Notes: generated from the letters alone by a model not told the origin. A stretch of 64,000 nucleotides of DNA from Planktotalea sp. (GCF_965659345.1 NZ_CBFHVK010000016.1:8155-72154); one strand, 5' to 3'. Numbered from the stretch's first letter, positions 40,425 through 49,801 are shown. Made by a program: numbers and translations.

Positions 40425-42530
40425 ATGAGCATGTCAGACACCATGCCGCGCAATGCGGGGCTCGGCGAAACAGTAACAGGACTAGCACTGCCGTTTGGCA
40501 TCTTGATGCTTGTTGCGATGATGGTCCTACCCCTGCCCGCTTTCTTGCTCGACCTGTTCTTTACAATCAACATTCTGATTTCTTTGCTGATCTTGATGGT
40601 CGCCCTCCACACATTCCGGCCTTTGGACTTTTCATCCTTTCCAAGTCTGCTCTTGGTCGCGACAGTCCTGCGCTTGGCGCTCAACGTGGCATCAACCCGT
40701 ATCGTTCTAAGCTCTGGCCACGAAGGAACCGAAGCTGCCGGAAAAGTGATCGAGGCTTTTGGCGCATTTGTCATCGCTGGCAATTTCGTTGTCGGTATCT
40801 TCGTCTTTGCCATTATCGTCATCATTAACCTCGTTGTAATTACCAAAGGTGCTGGACGTGTTTCCGAAGTGTCTGCTCGTTTCACGCTTGATGCGATGCC
40901 CGGCAAACAAATGGCGATCGACTCTGACCTCAACGCAGGTGTCCTAACCGCCGAAGAAGCGACAATTCGTCGTGAAGACGTAGGCCGCGAGGCCGATTTT
41001 CACGGTGCCATGGACGGTGCGTCAAAGTTTGTAAAAGGCGACGCAGTCGCAGGAATTCTGATCTTGGCGATCAACGTGATCGGTGGCCTTGCAATCGGAA
41101 CTCTTCAACATGATCTCTCTGTCGGGGACGCGGCACAGCTTTATGTCTTGCTCTCCATTGGCGATGGTCTTGTCGCCCAAATTCCCTCATTGCTGCTCTC
41201 CATTGCGACCGCGATCATTGTAACGCGCGTTTCCTCGTCTCAAGACATGGCTCAGCACATCAAGGGCGAAATCAGCATGTCGCGTGCATGGTTCCCCGTC
41301 GCAGGGGTCCTCGGCCTAATCGGTCTGGTCCCCGGTATGCCAACAACGCTCTTTGCTGGCATGGCCGCTATGTCAGCCGCAGCAGGCTATATGTTCCGAC
41401 AGGCAGAACTTCGCGAAGAAACAGACGAAGTACTAGAAACAAAAGAGGCAGAAGAAACCAGCGATCCAGACACGCTCACAGTTGATGACGTGGCCGACCT
41501 ATCTGCGGTTACAATGCTGCTCAGCTACCCGCTCCTTACAATGGTGGATGCCGATGATGGCGGTCCGCTTGCACGTCGCATTACCTCTGTGCGCAAAGAA
41601 GTTTCGCAAGCGCTTGGCTTTGTTTTACCGGGCGTGCGCGTGCGCGATGACCTCGTGCTTCCGGCCAATGAGTATCAAATCAAGATCGGGCAAACTGTTG
41701 TTGCCGAAAACAAGATTTATCCCGACCACAAGCTCGCAATCCCAGGTGCAAACTCACGCATCAAAGTCGCCGGTATCGATGTCAAAGACCCCTCCTTCGG
41801 GATCGAAGCCACATGGATCAAACCGGAACGTGAACTTGAAGCCGAAGCAAATAACTACGTGGTCATTGAACCTGAAACCGTACTGGCCACACACCTAAGT
41901 CAGGTCCTTTATAAACACGCTTCTGAACTCATCGGCCAAGACGATGTACAGGAACTTTTGGACAATCTCACTGGCGTCGCACCGCAGTTGGTTCAATCCG
42001 TGATCCCGAAATTGCTTCCATTGCACAGCCTCACGGCCATCCTGCGTCATGTTTTGCGCGAACGCATTCCAATCAGCGATTTGCGTTTGATCTTGGAACT
42101 CCTCTCAGAAATGGCAGCACGTAATCTCAGCGTTCCTGAGACCGCAGAAGCACTGCGCCCAAGCCTCGTGGGCCTGCTTATTCAGCAAAGCACACCTTTG
42201 AACGACCCCCTGCCCGTCGTAACGCTAGAAAGCTCGTTCGAGCATTTGTTGATCAATTCCGCGAAACAATCAGAAGGTGATCAATTGTTGCTAGACGGTG
42301 CCTTGGCCGAACGCCTTGTCCAATCCTTGGTCAAAATAAACGAAGAACAAATCGAAGCAGGCAAAAAGGCGTTTCTCGTCGTATCACCCTTGGTACGCCG
42401 GAAACTGTCTACGTTCTTGCGCCAACACATCGCAGATTTCCCAGTGCTTTCTTTCACCGAACTCCCAGACGGTCGCCAAGTCGACATTGTCGCGAGCGTT
42501 TCGGGCGAAGACGACACCCCATTGCAATAA
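40425..42530 (+). CDS. flhA: flagellar type III export gate protein FlhA
   Basis: 701 aa. FHIPEP motifs (AGRVSEVSARFTLDAMPGKQMAIDSDLNAG, FVKGDAVAGI) and the cytoplasmic C-domain. Confidence 0.95.
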   Translation: MSMSDTMPRNAGLGETVTGLALPFGILMLVAMMVLPLPAFLLDLFFTINILISLLILMVALHTFRPLDFSSFPSLLLVATVLRLALNVASTRIVLSSGHEGTEAAGKVIEAFGAFVIAGNFVVGIFVFAIIVIINLVVITKGAGRVSEVSARFTLDAMPGKQMAIDSDLNAGVLTAEEATIRREDVGREADFHGAMDGASKFVKGDAVAGILILAINVIGGLAIGTLQHDLSVGDAAQLYVLLSIGDGLVAQIPSLLLSIATAIIVTRVSSSQDMAQHIKGEISMSRAWFPVAGVLGLIGLVPGMPTTLFAGMAAMSAAAGYMFRQAELREETDEVLETKEAEETSDPDTLTVDDVADLSAVTMLLSYPLLTMVDADDGGPLARRITSVRKEVSQALGFVLPGVRVRDDLVLPANEYQIKIGQTVVAENKIYPDHKLAIPGANSRIKVAGIDVKDPSFGIEATWIKPERELEAEANNYVVIEPETVLATHLSQVLYKHASELIGQDDVQELLDNLTGVAPQLVQSVIPKLLPLHSLTAILRHVLRERIPISDLRLILELLSEMAARNLSVPETAEALRPSLVGLLIQQSTPLNDPLPVVTLESSFEHLLINSAKQSEGDQLLLDGALAERLVQSLVKINEEQIEAGKKAFLVVSPLVRRKLSTFLRQHIADFPVLSFTELPDGRQVDIVASVSGEDDTPLQ

Positions 42531-42572
42531 TTGCCCCGTTTTCTAGCAAAGCGACGTAAGGACTAGAAGAAC

Positions 42573-44129
42573 ATGACAGAACAGATTTTCAGAGCCGCTG
42601 ATTCAGACAGTGCCATGGAAAAGGCAATCCGTGAGCTCGGTGAAGATGCGATGATATTATCCGTTAAGCGCAAAGGCGATGTCACCGAGGTCCGTGCAAT
42701 CAAAGAATCCCTCGTGTCCCTGCCCAAAGTCACCCCAGCTCCCTTCTCCAAAGGCGTGCGCGCACGTACTGTCAGCCTCAGCGACGCCTTGCGCAGTGCA
42801 GAAACGCGACGACAAGAGCCAAGCGCTGAGCCTTCGATGCCAGCGCGCCCTTCATTGGATTATTTCTTTGGCGGCGACCCGTTCGTTGACCCCTCCCCTG
42901 CTCCCGAAAAGAAAATCCAAAAACAGCCTCTGCCATTGGACGAGCAGGACGAAGCACTGTTTGGCAAGAGTACAAAGATAAACGAGATCTTTTCAGCTCA
43001 AAAACCCGATATCAACGAAGCACCTCGTTCAGATGAAATTACTGCACCTAACGACGAAGATCCGACGCCTGAAACACCTGCTTCATTATATCCACTCATG
43101 GACAAAGCTGCCTTTGAGGACAGCGATACCGATCCTTTGTTGACGGAATCTGCACAAAAATTCTTTGAAACCTTCCGTGCTGAAACAGCTGACACACTTT
43201 CTGAAGCTTCGCCCTTATCAAGCCACATCCCACAACAGGATCCGGCGATAGAGCCCACGCAAGAAGACATTTCAAAGACCGTGTCTGAAATTACGCCTGA
43301 CCCTATGCCCGAGCCGGCGCGCAACGTAGATATTGAGATCGAGCCGGTCGTTAAGCATAGCGCACCATCCTCGCCAGACGTGTCTCAAATCCTTCGCCAG
43401 AACGGCTTTTCAAGCCATCTGGTTCATCGCTGCTCAAATCATGCGGATCTCGTAGATCTTGAAAGCTGTTTGACATTCGCCTGCCAAGAGCTAGCCGCAC
43501 AGCTCAGCGTTTCTAAAGAAAAACCAACGCCACTGGATAGCGACATTCTTTTCGTTTTCGGCCCAAGCGGTTCAGGCAAGACAACAACCGTTGCGAAACT
43601 CGCGTTTGCACGCAATCGCGATGCTGGCATCAAACCGTCGCTACATGCAATCGGGCCAAAGTGCTTTGTCAGTGATGCCAAACTGTCCCAGTTTTCTCAG
43701 CTCTTGGATACCGACTTTATCGACACAGTCGAACCCGATCATATTGAAGCTGGCCAACAAGTCATCATTGATTGCTGCCACAAAGACGATTCAGAAATTA
43801 TTAAATCATATGAACAACTTAAGCGTGATTTCCCCCAGGCACGTGTTCAACCTGTTATGACTCTTCCGGGGACATGGTCAAACCTTGCGACGGAACAATA
43901 TTGCAGTGATATCGCGCAACTTCAGCCCTGCACTATCTTGACACATCTCCAGATCGGAGCCCTTGGCATCGCAGGGTTTTCAACCCTCGCTGCGCATAAA
44001 TTGTCGCTTCTAGCAGCAAGTGAAAGCGACCTTGTTGCCGATGGTATCGATATTATTGACACCTTTGCGATAGCTCATTTTTTGCGTGAAACGTTTAGCT
44101 ACACAGGCAACCAAGCCTACCCAATTTGA
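42573..44129 (+). CDS. flhF: FlhF-like SRP-type protein with degenerate GTPase motifs
   Basis: FlhF N-terminus MTEQIFRAADSDSAMEKAIRELGEDAMILSV, long acidic/Pro-rich linker, G1 GPSGSGKTTTVAKLA. IDCCH stands where DTAG is expected and THLQI where TKLDE is expected. Confidence 0.7.
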   Translation: MTEQIFRAADSDSAMEKAIRELGEDAMILSVKRKGDVTEVRAIKESLVSLPKVTPAPFSKGVRARTVSLSDALRSAETRRQEPSAEPSMPARPSLDYFFGGDPFVDPSPAPEKKIQKQPLPLDEQDEALFGKSTKINEIFSAQKPDINEAPRSDEITAPNDEDPTPETPASLYPLMDKAAFEDSDTDPLLTESAQKFFETFRAETADTLSEASPLSSHIPQQDPAIEPTQEDISKTVSEITPDPMPEPARNVDIEIEPVVKHSAPSSPDVSQILRQNGFSSHLVHRCSNHADLVDLESCLTFACQELAAQLSVSKEKPTPLDSDILFVFGPSGSGKTTTVAKLAFARNRDAGIKPSLHAIGPKCFVSDAKLSQFSQLLDTDFIDTVEPDHIEAGQQVIIDCCHKDDSEIIKSYEQLKRDFPQARVQPVMTLPGTWSNLATEQYCSDIAQLQPCTILTHLQIGALGIAGFSTLAAHKLSLLAASESDLVADGIDIIDTFAIAHFLRETFSYTGNQAYPI

Positions 44130-44209
44130 AGTTTATCGAATCAGCCAGCTAAACTTACCACACAGTTCGTCGTTACTGTTTTCGACACAGGGAAACGGAA
44201 GGTCACGCC

Positions 44210-44581
44210 ATGTCGATGTTAAGTCCAGCAGATATCTACAAGCGTCAACAAAAAACGCCCAGCTTTGATACTGACAACAGCCACCAGCTAATTAAGGCAA
44301 CACTCGAATACCTCGTTAAAAACCTCTCGCTCATGGCCCAAAAGCATGATCAAGCCGAGGTTTTCCAAACGCACTCTGCCCGCGCATTGACGTCGATCTA
44401 TGTGCTGCAAAGCAGCTTGGATTTCGAACGTGGAGGCGACATCGCCAGCAGCCTATTTCAGCTCTACGAATACTCCCGCCAACAGGTTCTTAAAGTGATG
44501 CGGCACGACAATAGCGGTGACTTGGAACAAGCCCGTCATGCAATAAGTGAAATTCTCGATGCTTGGCACCAGATCAAATAA
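44210..44581 (+). CDS. fliS: flagellin export chaperone FliS
   Basis: 123 aa, ...ALTSIYVLQSSLDFERGGDIASSLFQLYEYSRQQVL...ILDAWHQI. Confidence 0.85.
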   Translation: MSMLSPADIYKRQQKTPSFDTDNSHQLIKATLEYLVKNLSLMAQKHDQAEVFQTHSARALTSIYVLQSSLDFERGGDIASSLFQLYEYSRQQVLKVMRHDNSGDLEQARHAISEILDAWHQIK

Positions 44582-44870
44582 TGTAAGCGGCGCTGTGATC
44601 GATCAGACTCTTAGTCAGATCGATACCGCGATCGTATTCTTCGAAGAGTGTTTGGATCGTGTCCGCTATGAAGAAGCGGAACGTCAGGGTGTCGTCATTG
44701 CGCAACTAACAAAGGCACTGCCAAGTGCAGGGCCCAATGTAACAAAAGCTCATAAAGAACGTCTAGGAGCGCTCTTAGAGCGCCTAAATACTGCTATCTC
44801 GCGATTTGATATGGAAACAAAATCAAAGAAGCAAAATACAGCAAGAACCGCTTATTCTCGCTACAACTGA
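44547..44870 (+). CDS. hypothetical helical protein in the FliT position; start uncertain (GTG at 44595 possible)
   Basis: Positional call only. Overlaps the fliS 3' end if the annotated start is used. Confidence 0.3.
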   Translation: MKFSMLGTRSNNVSGAVIDQTLSQIDTAIVFFEECLDRVRYEEAERQGVVIAQLTKALPSAGPNVTKAHKERLGALLERLNTAISRFDMETKSKKQNTARTAYSRYN

Positions 44871-45007
44871 CGCCAGCCAATCCTTTTTTAAAATTTCCTG
44901 GACACTCAAATGTATCCTTAGAGAGGAACATCCTTCAAAAGATAGGGTGGCTCTTTCAAAACAAACATTATTTATGAAGTAAGATTTGCGTCCACCGGAG
45001 GCGGCTA

Positions 45008-45499
45008 ATGAAAAATGACTCATACGCGCCCCGTTGGGTACTGAACGTTGTTTGTGCTGCAATCGCTCAACGGTTTGTTGAAGGAAATTTGCCTCTAGAA
45101 GCTTACGCTAACCAAATGGCCACTGAGCTCGAAAAGCACTATTCGGATTGCTCGCCAGAAAAACTCTCTAGTGCTGCGGAAGCGATGTTGTTCTTCTTAG
45201 CAGAAATTGAAGATGACAACGCAATCACGTACTGCAAATCCTTTATCTACAATTCGGCGCTTTTTGACTTTGCAAACTACCCTCGCAAGCTCAAGGGGAT
45301 GTTCTTCGATCCGCTTGCACCACGCCGTGAAATGACAACAAGCAAGTCGATCGTTTACGGTTTCAGGGCCTTCGTTTTTCGCCTGCGAAGCGATTCACAA
45401 CTGGCCGCACCATCAGAGTGGATGTTGGCCAATGTGGACGAACTTAAGGTTTTGAATGATATCATTTCGGTCGAAGTGATCTTTTTCGACGCAATCTAG
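45008..45499 (+). CDS. hypothetical protein
   Basis: 163-aa ORF followed by hairpin CTAGAAAC...GTTTCTAG. No family recognised. Confidence 0.35.
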   Translation: MKNDSYAPRWVLNVVCAAIAQRFVEGNLPLEAYANQMATELEKHYSDCSPEKLSSAAEAMLFFLAEIEDDNAITYCKSFIYNSALFDFANYPRKLKGMFFDPLAPRREMTTSKSIVYGFRAFVFRLRSDSQLAAPSEWMLANVDELKVLNDIISVEVIFFDAI

Positions 45500-45556
45500 A
45501 AACAGGTCAAAGTGCAATGTTTCTAGCGCGGTGACTACTTTCACCGAAAAGTCTTT

Positions 45557-45600
45557 AAAACACGAGATAGCGAAAACTTGCTTTTCCGCTATCTCTCGTG
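45557..45600 (-). terminator. terminator after the 58-aa ORF
   Basis: Minus strand reads CACGAGAGATAGCG...CGCTATCTCGTG followed by TTTTAAAG. Confidence 0.5.
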
Positions 45601-45612
45601 GTGTCCGTTCAT

Positions 45613-45789
45613 TCAGGCCGCTGCGCCTGTTGACAAGGAAAGGCACTTGCCATGAACAAAGGCCGCACCAACAGAAATTGTCGCTTCGTCCGGACCAGGA
45701 CCAAACTTAACGATTGGACCTCTGGCAGAATGGAATGGGCTGACAGCCACCGTGATGATCTCTGAGGAATTTGCTCTTGTGTCGCTCAT
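45613..45789 (-). CDS. 58-aa hypothetical protein (MSDTRANSSEII...)
   Basis: Bracketed by a sigma54-like promoter and a terminator, with AAAGGA upstream of the ATG. The 80-aa version in the ORF track would include the promoter. Confidence 0.4.
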   Translation of the reverse strand: MSDTRANSSEIITVAVSPFHSARGPIVKFGPGPDEATISVGAAFVHGKCLSLSTGAAA

Positions 45790-45850
45790 TTTGATGCGTC
45801 CTTTTTTTGTTGCTCTAGGGCAAAAGTTTGCGTCCTGACAGTTTTTGGTT

Positions 45851-45866
45851 TGCAAGCGAGACGCCG
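45851..45866 (-). promoter_or_regulatory. candidate sigma54 promoter
   Basis: Minus strand reads CGGCGT-CTCGC-TTGCA, with correct GG/GC spacing, 62 nt upstream of the ATG at 45789. Confidence 0.35.
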
Positions 45867-46154
45867 TGAGTCTGGTGGCACGACACGTGAAGTTAGTGAA
45901 CCTGGGGGATTGGCACTAGTCCCGCTTGCTCTCAAGGTTAGAGCCTTTGCCGCAAACAGATGCCATCGCGCGATAGAGATTGAATTGCTGTCTTAAGATA
46001 CTTTTCGCAACTTTGATGATCGACAAGCACCCTAAAGTTCTTTAAAAAACAATACAACGCTTTGATATTAAATGATATTTCACTTTACCGCTCATTAACT
46101 GAAAGAAACGACAAGCTTCGCAGTGATCGCACTCATCAGTACAAAAAGTTGACA

Positions 46155-46174
46155 ACCTTATCCACGGATAAGGT
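46155..46174. repeat. parS-like palindrome, copy 1
   Basis: ACCTTATCC-AC-GGATAAGGT, abutting the parB stop codon. It contains TTATCCAC, which resembles a DnaA box. Confidence 0.55.
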
Positions 46175-47274
46175 CAATTCAAACCATCAACCAGTGCTGC
46201 AATTGCACGTTCAAGGCGACCGCGATCGATGGATGAAAAATCTCTATCAACTTTAATTTCCAAGCGCCCCAACCCCGCCGTACACTTGATCTGCCCGAAC
46301 GAACTCCCGATGTGAAACGTCGTCTTACTGCGAGCGGTTTTAGCCGATGTAGTTGCGGTCTTGGCACCAACTGCTGGAGCCGCCTCAAGATGAGACTCAG
46401 CCCCCTCCCCTATCGCCTCTTTCAAAACGTTTAGCTCGTCCTTGATGCTCCGGCTTTCCCAATCACTCAGACCGTCCTTGATCTGCTTCAAAAGTTCGGG
46501 CCGCTCCTTAATCGCACGTGCAACGGATACACCCAGCGCACGTGGAATCTCAGTTGGGTAGAGGAGCGCACTACTGAGTTGATCCAGTAAATACGCAAAG
46601 GACCTGATATAACTGCGCTTGGAATAAGGCGCCGACTGAAACAGAGCCGCAACAGCATCAGACAATGAATCCGCATCCGTCTCAGGATCAGCTGCATAGT
46701 TTTGAGCCGCATACGCCATTTCAGCAAAGGACAGGTCCTTACGGATGAGGTTCTCATCAATCATGCGACGGTAGAGCCCCGAAATATCGGGCTCACCCGG
46801 CATCACAAGGGCAGGGATGCTCTTCCAAATATCATCGCCTGTTTCCGCCAGAAGCCTTTGATAAGCGCTCCAGCGGCGAAAGCCCTGAACCAACTCGAAA
46901 CCTGTTCCATCAGAGCGTGGCACAACACGGATCGGATTGGACAGACCAACCTCTCGAATGGACAAGACAAGATCATCAAGCTCGATGTCCTCACCTGGCA
47001 GACGATCCCGCACCAACAAAAACGTCTTCACGTTCTCTAGCGGGATACTTTGTACAACGGCACCCGCGTCACGCAGCGCAACAAACTCGTGCGCCAGCGC
47101 GTCATTTTCTTCGCGAATTGCCTCGGCAGCTGACTTGCGAATTTGCAGCGCTTCAGCGTTCTCAGAAATTGCGCTTGCCATTGGACCACGACGACCTGCC
47201 GGAACTTTTGGCTCAATCTCTATCGCCTCATCTTCTGGCATCGCGATATCAAAAACACGTCTTTTACGGCTCAT
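46174..47274 (-). CDS. parB: partition protein ParB (RepB-like)
   Basis: ParB N-domain GLSNPIRVVPRSDGTGFELVQGFRRWSAY. 4-nt overlap with parA. Confidence 0.9.
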   Translation of the reverse strand: MSRKRRVFDIAMPEDEAIEIEPKVPAGRRGPMASAISENAEALQIRKSAAEAIREENDALAHEFVALRDAGAVVQSIPLENVKTFLLVRDRLPGEDIELDDLVLSIREVGLSNPIRVVPRSDGTGFELVQGFRRWSAYQRLLAETGDDIWKSIPALVMPGEPDISGLYRRMIDENLIRKDLSFAEMAYAAQNYAADPETDADSLSDAVAALFQSAPYSKRSYIRSFAYLLDQLSSALLYPTEIPRALGVSVARAIKERPELLKQIKDGLSDWESRSIKDELNVLKEAIGEGAESHLEAAPAVGAKTATTSAKTARSKTTFHIGSSFGQIKCTAGLGRLEIKVDRDFSSIDRGRLERAIAALVDGLN

Positions 47275-48614
47275 TGATCCACCTCCTGATTAGAAACCTT
47301 ACCCGCGGATAAGGTTTCATTTGCCATGTCATTCCAGTGCGGCAACATGGTTTCTTTCAGCTCTAAATAAGCCTGATCAAAGCTGCCGCGCGCGCGCCGC
47401 CAAGTTTCTCGCGTCATATCGCGATAATCCATTTCATAGATTGAACTTAGGAAACGCCCTGATTGCTCCACCGCCCTCGTCATCTCGACGGGGTGCTCCG
47501 CAAGCTTGTCACCAAAAACCTTACCAAAGGCTTCAAACATCGCGCGATGCAATTCGTTGCCCGGCTCATAGCGCGTCAGCAAGAACCGTACATCCCGAAA
47601 GACCTTGGGCAGTGCAACCTTATCCGCGGATAAGGTTCCTTCAAATCCATGAGCAAGATCACCCAGCGCTTCACTTAGCTGGCCAATGAAAGACGTGGTA
47701 CTGTCGTACTCCCAATAGCCGGGACCAGAAGGGACGTAGAGCATATCAGCCGCGAAAACCGCATTCATTGACTGGTAGCCGATCGCAGGCGGGCAATCAA
47801 AAAGGATGAGGTCCCATTGATCTTCAGGCAGCTGGTCAAGGAAACGGTTTACTGCCGCAAAGAAAGACCATTCAGGGTTTAGATGGCGGTACTGCGCAGA
47901 CGCGAATTCAACGAAGGCGGCATTGGCGCAGGACGGGATGATGTCGATTGTTGGCCAGTTGGTTGACTGAATGAAATCGCCAACGCGCAGATCCTGCAAA
48001 CCGAGATCTGTGATACTGGAAGGAATCGTGCGGCGGGGCAGGGCGGTGCCGCTCGCCGCACCGCGCGGCGCGTTGTTTTGCGCCTCAGTTTCACGCACGA
48101 GATCGCGCGCCATAACACCCCAAACGGTATGCTCTTCGCTCACGTCACTTAGACCCATCGAGTGGGACAACGTCGCTTGCGGATCAAAGTCGACGCACAG
48201 GACACGGTAACCATCTAAGGCAGCCGCGTGGGCGAAGTGCAGCGCCACAGTAGACTTGCCAGCCCCGCCTTTGAAGTTTGCAATCGCTGTCCGGAACGCG
48301 CGACCTTTCGGGCGCTCGGGCAGCAATGGCTTTCCACGCGGCTTTAACTTGCGGCGCAGCGTATTGATCTCATCAAGAGTGAACCAGCGTTGCCGGCCAT
48401 CCGGCTCGACCTTACCCGCGGGTAAGGTGGGATCGGCGGCCATCTTGCCGCGGAATGTTGATTGGTTGATCCCTAAAATCAGCTCAGAGACCTCCCAAGA
48501 AGAGAAGCGTCGCAGCTGCTTTTCATTCTGAGGAGAAAACGTTTGCTGGCGAATCCACCCCTGCATCTTGAGGGATTTGGCCTGAAGGTCGCGCAAGTCT
48601 GTGTGAGTAAGCAT
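47271..48614 (-). CDS. parA: partition ATPase ParA (RepA-like, with N-terminal extension)
   Basis: Deviant Walker A ANFKGGAGKST and DCPP motif. 447 aa, as in plasmid type Ia ParA/RepA proteins. Confidence 0.9.
   Translation of the reverse strand: MLTHTDLRDLQAKSLKMQGWIRQQTFSPQNEKQLRRFSSWEVSELILGINQSTFRGKMAADPTLPAGKVEPDGRQRWFTLDEINTLRRKLKPRGKPLLPERPKGRAFRTAIANFKGGAGKSTVALHFAHAAALDGYRVLCVDFDPQATLSHSMGLSDVSEEHTVWGVMARDLVRETEAQNNAPRGAASGTALPRRTIPSSITDLGLQDLRVGDFIQSTNWPTIDIIPSCANAAFVEFASAQYRHLNPEWSFFAAVNRFLDQLPEDQWDLILFDCPPAIGYQSMNAVFAADMLYVPSGPGYWEYDSTTSFIGQLSEALGDLAHGFEGTLSADKVALPKVFRDVRFLLTRYEPGNELHRAMFEAFGKVFGDKLAEHPVEMTRAVEQSGRFLSSIYEMDYRDMTRETWRRARGSFDQAYLELKETMLPHWNDMANETLSAGKVSNQEVDQ
47293..47318. 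repeat. parS-like palindrome, copy 2
   Basis: GAAACCTTACCCGCGGATAAGGTTTC, with one asymmetric position. Lies inside the parA 3' end. Confidence 0.55.
47616..47637. repeat. parS-like palindrome, copy 3 (perfect 22 bp)
   Basis: AACCTTATCCGCGGATAAGGTT, inside parA. Confidence 0.6.
48409..48428. repeat. parS-like palindrome, copy 4 (perfect 20 bp)
   Basis: ACCTTACCCGCGGGTAAGGT, inside the parA 5' part. Confidence 0.6.
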
Positions 48615-48808
48615 ATTGCCTCGGACGTAGAAAACTATTCGAAGCCAATTTACGCTGGTTTTGACAATTTTGTCGAGAATAATAATATGCTAATACGTTC
48701 ACTCTACGTCGCGATTAAAGCCTAGCAAACTAAGGGCAGGTATCACATCAACCGATTCGCTTAAACCATTGTAAGTTCGTCCTTTATTTTCAAAACGTCG
48801 GTAGATAA

Positions 48809-48872
48809 TGAGGGGACATCAATTGGCCCGAACTACATCTTGAGGGGACATCTAGTGGCTATAGGGGGACGC
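48809..48872 (+). repeat. iteron-like direct repeats (candidate replication origin)
   Basis: TGAGGGGACATC at 48809 and 48841 (16/18 identity when extended), and TAGGGGGACGC at 48862. Spacings are 32 and 21 bp. An AT-rich stretch follows at 48880-48945. Confidence 0.45.
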
Positions 48873-49078
48873 ACTGAACGTCACCCAATACCATTAATAC
48901 CTAAAATCTTTATTAGAAATTAAATTTGAGAGAGGCTTTATCTCACGAATCCTTGACATTGACCTATAGCACAACGTTAATTAGAGAAGATTTAGGAATA
49001 GCGTTTGATTCAACTCGCCAGAAAGGTGAGAACAGGCGTTTCCTGAGGCAGTCGCAATGAAATACAGGGAACGCGCTC

Positions 49079-49801
49079 ATGGCGTCCGAGCATCTGAAAG
49101 CGGTGTGCCCAAAACCTTTGGGGCGCTACTCGCAAGCAATTAAATACGACATTATTTCCTCGTTACTTGTCTTGGCGACTTGTGGCACCCCTACACAAGC
49201 GAGATTGTCAGTCAGACTCTCTCTTGTAATAACAGCGCGTTATAATTGGCGCACGGGACGATTTGGAGTCGGCCAAAAAGAACTTGCGCGTATGTGGGGC
49301 GTGACTGAGCGAACCGCCAAAAGAGAACTCGCGCATATGAGGGGTTTAGGTTGGATAAGTGTTGCTATCGCTTCGGGGCGGGGGCGCGTAACGCAGCATA
49401 AAATCAATTTAGACACTGTTCTTTTACAAAGCGCGCCCTACTGGGATGCAATTGGCCCTGACTTTGCGGCCCGCATGACTGGCGCACCTGAACAAGAGCG
49501 AGAGCCGGAAGACACTAATGTTGTCCCACTACGCGTAAGCAATGAGACCCCAATATATGACAACAACACAGGCTGGGCTATGGTGGCGGAAAGGCTGCGG
49601 GAACAAGACCCTGCCATCTTTAATGCGTGGCTTTCCCAGCTTACAGCGCTTGAGGGGGATGATACGAGCATCACGTTAGGTGCGCCTTCCAAGTTCGTGG
49701 CACAGTACGTTAATACGCATTTCTTGCAGCGTATAAAGGCGAGCTTGGTAGCGATCGAGGGTGGACAGAGACAGATTAAGATTTTGTGTCTTGAAGACTA
49801 A
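49079..49801 (+). CDS. DnaA-like plasmid replication initiator
   Basis: N-terminal winged-HTH-like GVGQKELARMWGVTERTAKRELAHMRGLGWI. C-terminal segment WAMVAERLREQDPAIFNAWLSQLTALEGDDTSITLGAPSKFVAQYVNTHFLQRIK resembles DnaA domain I. Divergent from parAB. Confidence 0.7.
   Translation: MASEHLKAVCPKPLGRYSQAIKYDIISSLLVLATCGTPTQARLSVRLSLVITARYNWRTGRFGVGQKELARMWGVTERTAKRELAHMRGLGWISVAIASGRGRVTQHKINLDTVLLQSAPYWDAIGPDFAARMTGAPEQEREPEDTNVVPLRVSNETPIYDNNTGWAMVAERLREQDPAIFNAWLSQLTALEGDDTSITLGAPSKFVAQYVNTHFLQRIKASLVAIEGGQRQIKILCLED

Noticed and set aside
45852-45929. Long-range stem GCAAGCG(A)GAC ... GTC(C)CGCTTGC enclosing about 55 nt, checked as a possible tRNA or structured RNA.
   Set aside because: There is no T-loop (GTTCRANNC), no D-arm and no proper anticodon arm on either strand. 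The left arm coincides with the candidate sigma54 promoter. I treat it as coincidental, or at most as an unclassified hairpin.
46062-46256. 64-aa plus-strand ORF overlapping the parB 3' end and parS copy 1.
   Set aside because: It overlaps a well-supported gene on the opposite strand and has no motifs.
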